NCBI GenBank assembly: GCA_963422735.1
Contig: OY730476.1
Span: forward strand, 3,232,001-3,296,000
DNA: 64,000 nucleotides
Origin: Candidatus Latescibacterota bacterium
GTDB lineage: Bacteria > Latescibacterota > UBA2968 > UBA8231
Reading direction: 5' to 3'
The position numbers and the translations under genes are program-made. Under the pieces are notes generated by a model, which saw only the letters and a program-made list of their open reading frames with translations, did not search any database and was not told where the DNA came from. Below, piece by piece: positions 55,950 through 64,000 of the stretch. Position 1 is the first letter of the stretch; each line of letters opens with the position of its first letter.

Positions 55950-57068
55950 ATGGACCGCCGGACCTTTCTCGGCCTAGGTTTAAGCGCAGCCGCGTGGCCT
56001 GCATTGGGCCGCGCCGCGCCCGTGCGGTCGGAGCGAGTGCGCCTGCGCGAGTTGGGCATTGTCATTGGCGAATTGGCGACCGGCTTCCATAACGCCATCA
56101 CCGATGTCGAGGGCGTGAGGGTCGGCCATTTGACCCTGATTCAGGATGGGGGTCCGGTTCGAACCGGCGTGACGGCGATTGTGCCGCGCCCGCCCGCGTT
56201 TGCCGCGGACTTCACGCTCAACGGCAACGGCGAACTGATGGGGGTAGGCTCTATGCGTCGTACGGGCCTGTTGGCCGGTCCAGTCCTTTTTACCAACACA
56301 TCCAGCGTCGGCGCAGTGTACGATGGGGCAGTGGAGTGGATGTTGGCGCGAGATCCCGACCTGTTCAAAAGCGATTTGCAGCCCGCGCCCATAGTCGGCG
56401 AGACGTGGGCTGCGTTTCTCCACGACGAAGTCGGGCGACACCTGCAGCCTGCACACGCGGCAGCAGCCCTCGACGCAGCACGCGGTGGGCCGGTGACCGA
56501 AGGCTGTGTCGGCGGCGGGACCGGGATGCGGGCCTATAGCTTTAAGGCCGGCATTGGCACGGCGTCGCGCAAAATCCCCTGCGGCGACCAGCTCTACACC
56601 GTGGGTGTGCTGGTGCAGGCGAATTTTGGCCGGCGTCCCCAACTGCGCGTTGACGGCGTCCCTGTGGGCCGGGAGATCGCCGATCTAATGCCTGTGCGCG
56701 GCGGCAAGAGCAAGTCCATGCTCGCGGCAGTAGCTACGGATGCGCCGTTGATCCCAATCCAACTACAGCGCGTGTGCAAGCGGGTGGCTTTGGGCATGGC
56801 GCGCACGGGTGCTATTTCCACCCACGGCAGCGGCGACCTCGTGTTGGCTTTTTCCGCGGCCTCCTCCAAGCCGCCGGCCGCGCTCGCCATGCTCGCTGAC
56901 CGTTGGATTTCGGGCCTGTTCCAAGGCGTAGTTGAGGCTACGGAGGAAGCCATTCTCAACGCGCTGACTACGGCCTACACCATGACCGGTCGCGCCGGCA
57001 ATATCATCTATGCCCTGCCGCTGGACCGCTTGATCGAAATCATGCGCTCATACGGCCGGCTCAAATGA
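55950..57068 (+). CDS. DmpA/P1 (peptidase S58) family aminopeptidase with Tat signal
   Basis: MDRRTFLG Tat motif; NAITDVEGVRVGH, RTGVTAI, NGNGE, GCVGGGTGM, FKAGIGTASR, ATDAPL, HGSGD. Confidence 0.85.
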   Translation: MDRRTFLGLGLSAAAWPALGRAAPVRSERVRLRELGIVIGELATGFHNAITDVEGVRVGHLTLIQDGGPVRTGVTAIVPRPPAFAADFTLNGNGELMGVGSMRRTGLLAGPVLFTNTSSVGAVYDGAVEWMLARDPDLFKSDLQPAPIVGETWAAFLHDEVGRHLQPAHAAAALDAARGGPVTEGCVGGGTGMRAYSFKAGIGTASRKIPCGDQLYTVGVLVQANFGRRPQLRVDGVPVGREIADLMPVRGGKSKSMLAAVATDAPLIPIQLQRVCKRVALGMARTGAISTHGSGDLVLAFSAASSKPPAALAMLADRWISGLFQGVVEATEEAILNALTTAYTMTGRAGNIIYALPLDRLIEIMRSYGRLK

Positions 57069-58036
57069 ATCGCTCGCTCCCATCGGGCGAGGCGGCGGGA
57101 CCGCACAACGCCATTGTCGATGTGGCCGGAGTCAGCGTGGGCCACGTGGATATTCGCACGCCCGACCTACACACCGGCCTCACCGCCATTGTCCCATATC
57201 CGGTCGCAGTGGCCGAGCGCAAGCAGTTTATCGGTCACTTCTCCATAGACGGCGGCGACGCCATGAGTGGCCTTGGGGTCGCCGAAGACTTTGGCACTTT
57301 TTCCTCGCCCATTGTCCTTGCCCCAGCCCCGGTCGTCGGCCGGGTGTACGAATCCTTAATTCGCCATAGCTTGGGCCGCGACACCGGGCTATCGACCGTG
57401 GCGGGCTGGCCACCGGTGGTCGTGGGGATTGACGACACGGCTGTCAACGACCCCGCGCTCATTCGCAAGGTCCTGACACACGCCCACGCAGACGAGGCGT
57501 TGGCCAGTGCCGGTAGCGCGGTGCCCACGGGCAATGCCGGAGTCGGCGGCGGGTTGCAGGCCTTTGGCTACAAGGGCGGCATCGGCACGGCTTCGCGCCG
57601 CGCTGGCGAATACGCGCTGGGTGTGCTGGCCGCGGTTAACGGGGGGCGCGAGCTGAGTTTGGCCGGTCGCGTCCTGCCGGCAGGCGAGGGGGCAGGGGGA
57701 CCGCAGACTTTTGCCGCGGTCGTGGCTACGGATGCGCCCCTAATCCCGCGCCAACTAGAGCGTTTGGCTGGTCGCGCCGCGCTGGGACTGGCGCGGACAG
57801 GTTTGTGGAACCCGCATACGCGCGAGGGCCTCGTCCTCGCCTTTTCCACCACGAGCCTCGTCCAAGAACTGGCCACATCTGTGGGGATGGTAGGCGAAGA
57901 AGGGCTCTACCCGCTCTTTGCTGCTGGGGCTGCGGCTGCCGAGGGTGCGGTCGTCGATGCCCTCTTGGCCGCCGAGCCTGCTGGGGATCTCAAAGCCATG
58001 CCGCAGATCGGCTGGCTGGAAGAGGGGGATGGTTGA
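57065..58036 (+). CDS. DmpA/P1 family paralogue with degenerate catalytic motifs
   Basis: NAIVDVAGVSVGH, KGGIGTASR and ATDAPL present; NGNGE and GSGD replaced; no signal peptide. Confidence 0.75.
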   Translation: MNRSLPSGEAAGPHNAIVDVAGVSVGHVDIRTPDLHTGLTAIVPYPVAVAERKQFIGHFSIDGGDAMSGLGVAEDFGTFSSPIVLAPAPVVGRVYESLIRHSLGRDTGLSTVAGWPPVVVGIDDTAVNDPALIRKVLTHAHADEALASAGSAVPTGNAGVGGGLQAFGYKGGIGTASRRAGEYALGVLAAVNGGRELSLAGRVLPAGEGAGGPQTFAAVVATDAPLIPRQLERLAGRAALGLARTGLWNPHTREGLVLAFSTTSLVQELATSVGMVGEEGLYPLFAAGAAAAEGAVVDALLAAEPAGDLKAMPQIGWLEEGDG

Positions 58037-59160
58037 GCCGCAGCTTGCTCGACGATCAGGACGCGCTTAGCGCCTTCCGCGCTCGGCTCTTGGCTTGGTA
58101 TCGCCAAAACAAACGGCAGACGAGTTGGCGCGACAGCGGCAATCCCTATCACGTCTGGATATCCGAGGTCATGTTGCAACAGACCCGGGTGGATCAGATG
58201 GCCCCCTATTTCGAGCGTTTTATCCGCGCATTTCCCACGCTCCAATCGCTGGCCGCCGCTTCCGAGGACCAAGTGCTCAAAGTCTGGGAGGGCTTGGGCT
58301 ATTATGCGCGAGCGCGCAACCTGCACAAGGCGGCTAAGCGCGTGGCCTTTGAGTTAGAAGGCCGCATACCAGATACGTACCAAGCGCTGATTGAACTGCC
58401 TGGGATTGGCCAGTACACGGCCGCGGCCTTAAGCAGCATTGCCTTCGACCGCGACCACCCAGTACTCGACGGCAATGTGACTCGTGTGCTCTGCCGCTTG
58501 TTGCGGATTGAGGAAGTGCCGGTCCGCGCCCAAGTCAAGGCGCGACTCATCGCCGCTGGGGAGGCCTTATTGGCCCGGGGCGAGGCCGGCGACTTCAATC
58601 AGGCGATGATGGAGTTGGGGGCGAGGGTCTGTACGCCGCAAAGTCCTTGCTGCCCGACGTGTCCGGTCGGCGGCTGGTGTCGGGCCAAGGCCGAGTTGGA
58701 CGACCCAGCCTCCTTGCCGCGCAAGGCCCCTAGGAAACAGAAGCCGCATTATCACGTGGCGGCCGGCTTGATTCGCAAGGGCGACGAACTGCTAATCGCC
58801 CAGCGGCCGGCCGAGGGGATGCTCGGTGGCCTGTGGGAGTTTCCCGGGGGCAAGCAGGAGCCCGGCGAGACCTTGCCCGAATGCTTGGTGCGCGAGATCC
58901 GCGAGGAATTGGGCATTGAAATCGAAGTGGGTGCGCGTCTGACGAGCGTGGATCACGCCTATTCGCATTTTAGCATCACTTTACACGCGTTTGCCGCCCG
59001 CTATGTGCGCGGCCCCCCCCAGGCGCTGGGTTGCGCTGCTTGGCGGTGGATCGCGCCGGAGGCTTTGGGCGACTTCGCCCTGCCGCGGGCCGATCGCCTG
59101 ATCGTGGAGTTCATGCGCGAGCACGCACAGCAGATGGAGCTATTTGGTGAAAGAAAGTGA
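58033..59160 (+). CDS. mutY: A/G-specific adenine glycosylase with complete C-terminal Nudix box
   Basis: VWISEVMLQQT, WEGLGYYARARNL, HhH LPGIGQYTA, DGNV, C-x6-C-x2-C-x5-C Fe-S motif, GGKQEPGETLPECLVREIREELG. Confidence 0.93.
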   Translation: MSRSLLDDQDALSAFRARLLAWYRQNKRQTSWRDSGNPYHVWISEVMLQQTRVDQMAPYFERFIRAFPTLQSLAAASEDQVLKVWEGLGYYARARNLHKAAKRVAFELEGRIPDTYQALIELPGIGQYTAAALSSIAFDRDHPVLDGNVTRVLCRLLRIEEVPVRAQVKARLIAAGEALLARGEAGDFNQAMMELGARVCTPQSPCCPTCPVGGWCRAKAELDDPASLPRKAPRKQKPHYHVAAGLIRKGDELLIAQRPAEGMLGGLWEFPGGKQEPGETLPECLVREIREELGIEIEVGARLTSVDHAYSHFSITLHAFAARYVRGPPQALGCAAWRWIAPEALGDFALPRADRLIVEFMREHAQQMELFGERK

Positions 59161-60046
59161 GTTGCTAGCCGAAGGACGCCGCCGTGCGCCCGGATTGGTT
59201 TTGCGCGGGCTTTGCATGGGCGCGGCCGATGTGATTCCCGGGGTTTCCGGGGGGACGATCGCCTTGGTCATGGGCATTTACGATGAACTGGTCGGGACTA
59301 TTGCCGCAGTCGATCAACGGCTCGTGGGTGCCTTGGTGCGGGGACGCTTGATCGAGGTGTTGCACCGAGTTAATGCCCCTTTTCTAGTGCCATTGCTGTG
59401 CGGTATAGGCGTGTCCATTGCCGCGCTGGCCAAGTTCATAACTTGGCTGCTCGCGACGCACCCCCAGCCTGTGTGGGGCTTCTTCACCGGGTTGATCTTG
59501 GCCAGTGCGCTCGTGGTCGCTCGGCAGGTCGCTGGATGGGGGATGGCGCAATGGGGGCTGACGGCTCTCGGCGCAGTGGCGGGCTACGCCATCACTACGT
59601 TGGTGCCGGTCGAGACTGGGGGCGAGGGCTACAAGTTCGCGCTGGCCGGCATGGTAGCCATCTGCGCGATGATTCTGCCGGGCATTAGCGGCTCATTTCT
59701 GCTAGTGGTCATGGGCAAATACCAGCAGGTCTTGACCGCGGTACACGAGTTCGACTGGGCGATCTTGGCCCTCTTCGGCCTTGGGGCGGTTATCGGTCTG
59801 CTGGGCTTCTCGCGGCTGCTCAAGCACCTGCTGACCCGCTTTCGCACGAGTACCATGGCCTTTTTGGTGGGAGTGATGTTGGGTTCCCTGCGCAAGGTGT
59901 GGCCGTTCCGCAACGCGCTGGAGGACGGGCGCTACGAATGCGCGTGGCCGCAGGAGTTCAGTGGCGAGGCCTGGCTGAGCTTGGGGCTGATTGCAGTGGG
60001 TGCTGTGTTGGTCTTGGCGTTGGAGCGGCTGGGACGGAGGCGATGA
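59144..60046 (+). CDS. DUF368 membrane protein (undecaprenyl-phosphate translocase family)
   Basis: MGAADVIPGVSGGTIALVMGIY and AMILPGISGS repeats; GSLRKVWPF. Confidence 0.9.
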   Translation: MVKESELLAEGRRRAPGLVLRGLCMGAADVIPGVSGGTIALVMGIYDELVGTIAAVDQRLVGALVRGRLIEVLHRVNAPFLVPLLCGIGVSIAALAKFITWLLATHPQPVWGFFTGLILASALVVARQVAGWGMAQWGLTALGAVAGYAITTLVPVETGGEGYKFALAGMVAICAMILPGISGSFLLVVMGKYQQVLTAVHEFDWAILALFGLGAVIGLLGFSRLLKHLLTRFRTSTMAFLVGVMLGSLRKVWPFRNALEDGRYECAWPQEFSGEAWLSLGLIAVGAVLVLALERLGRRR

Positions 60047-60054
60047 CTGCGAAC

Positions 60055-60333
60055 TCAATTTTGCGAATGATCCGCACCGTCGCGCTTGGGAGCGGGGTCT
60101 ATCTTTGGACCATCCTCGGCATCGCTCAGGGCGTCGCGGGCGGCGTGGAAGCGGCGGATGCGCCGCACGAGAATGAAGATCAATCCCGCCAGTGCCGAGT
60201 AGAGCAAGTACTGATAGATCGGCTCAGTCCAGCCTAGTACTACGGGCCAGAGGCTGGCGATGCAGAGCAAAATAAAAAGGTCTTCGATCAGCTTGTGCCT
60301 TTTTTCTCGCTGCTCTTCGCGTTCAGGCGTCAT
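60055..60333 (-). CDS. Small two-TM membrane protein
   Basis: Two hydrophobic segments; start overlaps the slt stop region. Confidence 0.6.
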   Translation of the reverse strand: MTPEREEQREKRHKLIEDLFILLCIASLWPVVLGWTEPIYQYLLYSALAGLIFILVRRIRRFHAARDALSDAEDGPKIDPAPKRDGADHSQN

Positions 60334-62458
60334 CGGATAGGGCCTTGTAAATGGAGTAGTTTTTGAGGACTAGCTTGATGTAGAGACGGGTTTCCTTGTA
60401 GGGGATGCGCTCGACGAAGGCATCCGGGTCCTCGGAGGGAAAGCTCTTGAGCCACCGGCGGGCGTTGTGCGGGCCGGCGTTGTAAGCGGCCAGGCCCAGT
60501 TCAAAGCCCAAGTCTGCGCCCGGCCCAGTCGCGAATTGGCGCATTTGGTCGCCGAGGAAGTAACTGCCCAAGCGGATGGAGACGGCCGGATCGAAGAGTG
60601 CGCGGAGCTCAAAGGGTTTTATCTTCAAGGTCCGCGCGAGGGTGAGGCCGGTGTGGGGCATGATCTGCATCAGGCCCCTAGCGCCCGCCCGCGATACCGC
60701 GCTTTCGTTAAATGTGCTCTCTTGGCGAATGACCGACAGGACCAGAAAGGGGTCAATTTGGGCCGCGGTCGCGGCCGCCACGATCTCTTCCCAATAGTAA
60801 GTCGGATAGATGCGCGATAGTTCATCCGGATCTTTCCCGTCGAACAGGCGCAGCGACAGCCGCAGGGCTTGGCCGCGAAAGCCGAGCACCTCGTAGTAGT
60901 TGCGGATGACCTTTAGCGCAGCCTTGTGGCCCTCGTAGTCGCGGACGGCTTGCCCCATCTCGGCTGCCGACCAATCCCTTAGCCCCAATTGGTTTAGCAA
61001 GCTAGCGCGTTCGAGGTATGCCCTTTGCGCTAGCGCGGGGACTTCTTGGTGGCGGTTGTCTGCGGGTCGCCCTTTGAGCTGAACCTGCTCTCTGTGTCCC
61101 AACTGGACGGCGCGGGCCGAGTAGTAAGAACGGGGAAATCCGGCGGCGGCGCGGCGATAGAACGCGGTGGCGGCCTCTTCTTGGCCCAGTTGGGCCGCAC
61201 TCTTTCCAGCCCAGTACAGGGATTGGTCAATAATGTGGGGCTGGCGCACCTGCTGACTTGCGCGCTCAAAGGCGGCTAGAGCTTGGGAATATTGCTCTTG
61301 GCAATAGAGCGCGAAGCCGACGCTCCAACGCGCTTCGTCGCCGTAATCGGTTTGCGGATAGTGCTCGGCTAGGCGGCCATAGAGCGTTTCGGCACGGGCG
61401 AATTGGCTGTTGCGCTCGGCGGCTTTGGCGGCCTGCCACAGAGCATCGTCGGCCAAGTCGTGCTGGGGGTACTGCTTGGCAAACCTCGCATAAACCGCAA
61501 TGGCTTTGTCTTCGCGGTTTATGCGGACTGAGAGACCGGCGATGTGATAAAGGGCAGCCGGGCTGCCATAGCGCTCGTGAACCGTCCGAAAAACCTGTTC
61601 GGCCTTGGTGTAGTGCCCCGCAGATAGGTGGGCCCGGCCAAGCATGAAGTGCGCTTTGGCGACGCGCTGGTCGCCGCTTTGTGCGCGGATGAAGTGCCGA
61701 AAGCTCTTGATGGCTTGGTTGAATTGCCCGTGGCTGTGGTAGGTATAGGCCTTGGCGTAAGCCGTGCGGGCATCGAGCTTCTTAGGCAAGTGCGACAGGC
61801 TATTGCGGGCGTGCTTGGAAAGGGGGTGGTTTTCCAGCAGTTCTAAGCGCCACTTTTGCGCCCGCGCTGAGTCGTGCTTTTGGCTGGTGGCTGCGAGCAA
61901 GTAGAGAACCCGCGCTGGATCGGCGTCCTGCGCGAGTTGCTCCTCGTACAGGGCGAGGGCCTTGGTGGGTTGGCCGGCGGTTCGGTAGAGGGAGGCCAAG
62001 CGCAGACTGGCCGGGTTGCGGAGGATCGGGTTGGCCGAGGTAGCCAGAAAGTTTTCGTACTCGGCGATGGCGTCGTGCATCTGGCCCATGTCTTCTAGGG
62101 AGCGGGCCATCCAGAAGCGGCGGTAATCATCCAAGGTCGGCAGGTCGAGGTCGCGCAAACGATTGTACGCGCGGCTTGGCTGTTTGAGCTCGCGCTCGCA
62201 AAACGCCTGCTGGAATTCGATGTGCGATTGGGCAGCCGGCTCGTGATGTTGGCTCGTGTCTAGCGCAGTGAGTTGGGGATAGGCGAGGTCGCAGCGGTTC
62301 TCGGCGATCAGAACGGCAATTGGGCTAGGCGGCTCTGGTGTGGGGGCCTCGGAGAGGGGCTTAGCGGGGGCTGAGAAGTAGAACCAGGCTGCCAACGGCA
62401 GCAGAATTAGCAGGCTCAGGCCCAGCGTTGTCCAAGCCCATTTGGCTTTGTTGGTCAT
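60323..62458 (-). CDS. slt: Soluble lytic transglycosylase (Slt70-like) with TPR superhelix
   Basis: N-terminal TM, TPRs, IRQESTF (catalytic Glu), AGARGLMQIMP, AAYNAG, ETRLY. Confidence 0.88.
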   Translation of the reverse strand: MTNKAKWAWTTLGLSLLILLPLAAWFYFSAPAKPLSEAPTPEPPSPIAVLIAENRCDLAYPQLTALDTSQHHEPAAQSHIEFQQAFCERELKQPSRAYNRLRDLDLPTLDDYRRFWMARSLEDMGQMHDAIAEYENFLATSANPILRNPASLRLASLYRTAGQPTKALALYEEQLAQDADPARVLYLLAATSQKHDSARAQKWRLELLENHPLSKHARNSLSHLPKKLDARTAYAKAYTYHSHGQFNQAIKSFRHFIRAQSGDQRVAKAHFMLGRAHLSAGHYTKAEQVFRTVHERYGSPAALYHIAGLSVRINREDKAIAVYARFAKQYPQHDLADDALWQAAKAAERNSQFARAETLYGRLAEHYPQTDYGDEARWSVGFALYCQEQYSQALAAFERASQQVRQPHIIDQSLYWAGKSAAQLGQEEAATAFYRRAAAGFPRSYYSARAVQLGHREQVQLKGRPADNRHQEVPALAQRAYLERASLLNQLGLRDWSAAEMGQAVRDYEGHKAALKVIRNYYEVLGFRGQALRLSLRLFDGKDPDELSRIYPTYYWEEIVAAATAAQIDPFLVLSVIRQESTFNESAVSRAGARGLMQIMPHTGLTLARTLKIKPFELRALFDPAVSIRLGSYFLGDQMRQFATGPGADLGFELGLAAYNAGPHNARRWLKSFPSEDPDAFVERIPYKETRLYIKLVLKNYSIYKALSDDA

Positions 62459-62605
62459 CGGTATTGAGGAGGCTTAAATTGGGTCTCCGTTTGGACGCGC
62501 CAGCGGCGCGTCTTGCTCCTTAAAATACAATAGCCTAGCGCAAGGGGACAAGCGAAAAATCGCTGTGCGACGGCGCGGCAAACAGGGCCAAGGAGGGCCA
62601 TAAAA

Positions 62606-63319
62606 ATGAACGAGCGCGATTATGCGAGTCTGCTGCACCGACTGCGGGCGGTGGGACCAACACAGCTAGTAGCTGAGTGCGGCGGGTATCCAATTTACGC
62701 TCTGGAATTAGGGACTGGTACTGAGGCGCGAATCCTGCTGACAGCCGGGTTACACGGAGACGAGCCGGCTGGCCCAGAAGCCGCGCTGCGCTTTGCGGAG
62801 GGGTTGAGTCCGCGCCTCGCCCAGCGTTGTCAGTTCCTGGTCTTACCCTGTCTCAATCCGCACGGCTATGTCCACAATACCCGCGAGAACGAATCCGGCT
62901 TGGATTGCAATCGGGAGTTTGGCGGCGATGCGGTCCCGCTCGTCGCGCAGGTCAAGACCTTTCTAAGTGGTCGGCGCTTTGATTGCGCGCTGGATTTTCA
63001 CGAGGACTGGGAGGCTTCGGGGTTTTACTGCTATGAAGCCAAGCGCGACGAGCAGTGGCTCGGGCCGGCCATTGTCGAGCAAGTGCGCGCGGTGATGCCC
63101 ATTGACGGAGAGGCCGGCGAAAACGACAAAGTGATTGCTAAAGGCGTCTTCCTCGTCGATCCAGAGTGGGGCGAGGCTGGGTTGGTGCCCTACTTGTACG
63201 CGCACCACACCGAACACGCGCTAATCAGCGAAACGCCCAGCGAATGGCCGCTAGCAGTGCGGGCAGAGGCGCATCTTAGGGCGCTGGATGTCGCGCTTCA
63301 ACGGCGTTTGGGTGCGTAG
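62606..63319 (+). CDS. M14 metallocarboxypeptidase / succinylglutamate desuccinylase family
   Basis: AGLHGDEPAG, PCLNPHGY, DCNREF, LDFHED, SETP. Confidence 0.85.
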   Translation: MNERDYASLLHRLRAVGPTQLVAECGGYPIYALELGTGTEARILLTAGLHGDEPAGPEAALRFAEGLSPRLAQRCQFLVLPCLNPHGYVHNTRENESGLDCNREFGGDAVPLVAQVKTFLSGRRFDCALDFHEDWEASGFYCYEAKRDEQWLGPAIVEQVRAVMPIDGEAGENDKVIAKGVFLVDPEWGEAGLVPYLYAHHTEHALISETPSEWPLAVRAEAHLRALDVALQRRLGA

Positions 63320-64000
63320 AGGTGTGCGCTCTGGCCGTAGTGGCTTTCGGCCGCTTCCATGAGGGTTTCGGAGAGCGTAGGATGGGGGTGGATCGAAAGT
63401 TGGACATCCGCTGCGAGCGCGGCCATTTCCACGGCTAAGACGCCCTCGGCGATCAGCTCACCCGCGCCGCTGCCGGCAATGCCCACGCCTAGGATCCGGT
63501 CGGTCTGGGGGTCGATGAGCAGCTTGGTGAGGCCGTCGCTTGTGCCTTGGGTCGCGGCGCGGCCAGAAGCCGACCAAGGAAAGCGTGCAACCGCGACCGA
63601 GCGGCTCTGTTTTTCGGCTTCTTCCTCGGTAAGGCCGCACCAGGCGATTTCCGGATCAGTATAGACGACATTGGGAATGGCGTGGGGCGCGAAGACTTGC
63701 TTGTCGTGGCCGGCCACAACCTCGGCAGCTAGGCTCCCTTGGTGGGCGGCTGTGTGGGCAAGGGCCGCGCTTGTGAGGTCTCCAATGGCGAAAATCGAAG
63801 ACTCGGCCGTGCGCAGTTGGTCATCAACTTGGACATAGCCGCGCTCGTCGAGGCCGATGGCGGTGCGTTCCAAACCCAAGTCTTCGATATTGGGAACCCG
63901 GCCAACGGCAAGCAGGATTTTGGCATAGGTCTTGGAAAAACTCTGGCCGTCGCTTTTTTGCAAGTGTACCTCTAAGCCATCGCCGCTCTCTGCGAGCGCG
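63298..64000 (-). CDS. lpdA: Dihydrolipoamide dehydrogenase, C-terminal part (5' end outside the window)
   Basis: LLAVGRVPN, FAIGD, YTDPEIAWCGLTE, FPWSASGRA, HPHPTLSE. Confidence 0.92.
   Translation of the reverse strand, partial: ALAESGDGLEVHLQKSDGQSFSKTYAKILLAVGRVPNIEDLGLERTAIGLDERGYVQVDDQLRTAESSIFAIGDLTSAALAHTAAHQGSLAAEVVAGHDKQVFAPHAIPNVVYTDPEIAWCGLTEEEAEKQSRSVAVARFPWSASGRAATQGTSDGLTKLLIDPQTDRILGVGIAGSGAGELIAEGVLAVEMAALAADVQLSIHPHPTLSETLMEAAESHYGQSAHLYAPKRR

Overview
GC-rich bacterial chromosomal window read in the standard genetic code, with no rRNA, tRNA or CRISPR array that I could see. Gene families (FlgD/TPNGDGIND-tailed proteins, a secreted protein ending SWGRIK, DUF4159-type and PhyH/enolase/SDR paralogues, AAA_14-DUF4143 ATPase) suggest Ca. 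Latescibacterota or a related FCB-group lineage, possibly host-associated; this is inference only. Layout: (1) 1-4.2 kb metabolic genes; (2) 4.2-8.5 kb a graveyard of deleted or nonsense-hit fragments, including defence-type remnants, around one intact AAA_14-DUF4143 ATPase with 23-bp tandem repeats over its start; (3) 8.6-25.2 kb a co-oriented envelope cluster of uncharacterised genes (TPR lipoprotein, CBM9-like secreted protein, three paralogues with T9SS type-B-like/FlgD tails, two paralogous ~930-aa putative beta-barrel proteins with Ca-binding-like loops, PpiC/SurA-like lipoprotein), followed by a catabolic block at 25.3-29.9 kb; this is the best candidate for an undescribed system; (4) an IS4 relic, PcfJ and LON-N genes; (5) an MntR-regulated troABCD Mn/Zn/Fe ABC operon in which both permeases carry DtxR-like tails; (6) 39-64 kb mixed catabolic and housekeeping genes (PhyH, enolase superfamily, arsI/cadI-sigZ, frameshifted fbp, hisA, rsmD, solA, two dmpA-like genes, mutY, DUF368, slt, lpdA). 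Non-coding findings are a family of small TIR-bounded elements carrying REP-like hairpins and an apparent window-wide CCWGG->CTWGG/CCWAG mutational signature. All family assignments come from motif recognition by eye; no database searches were run.
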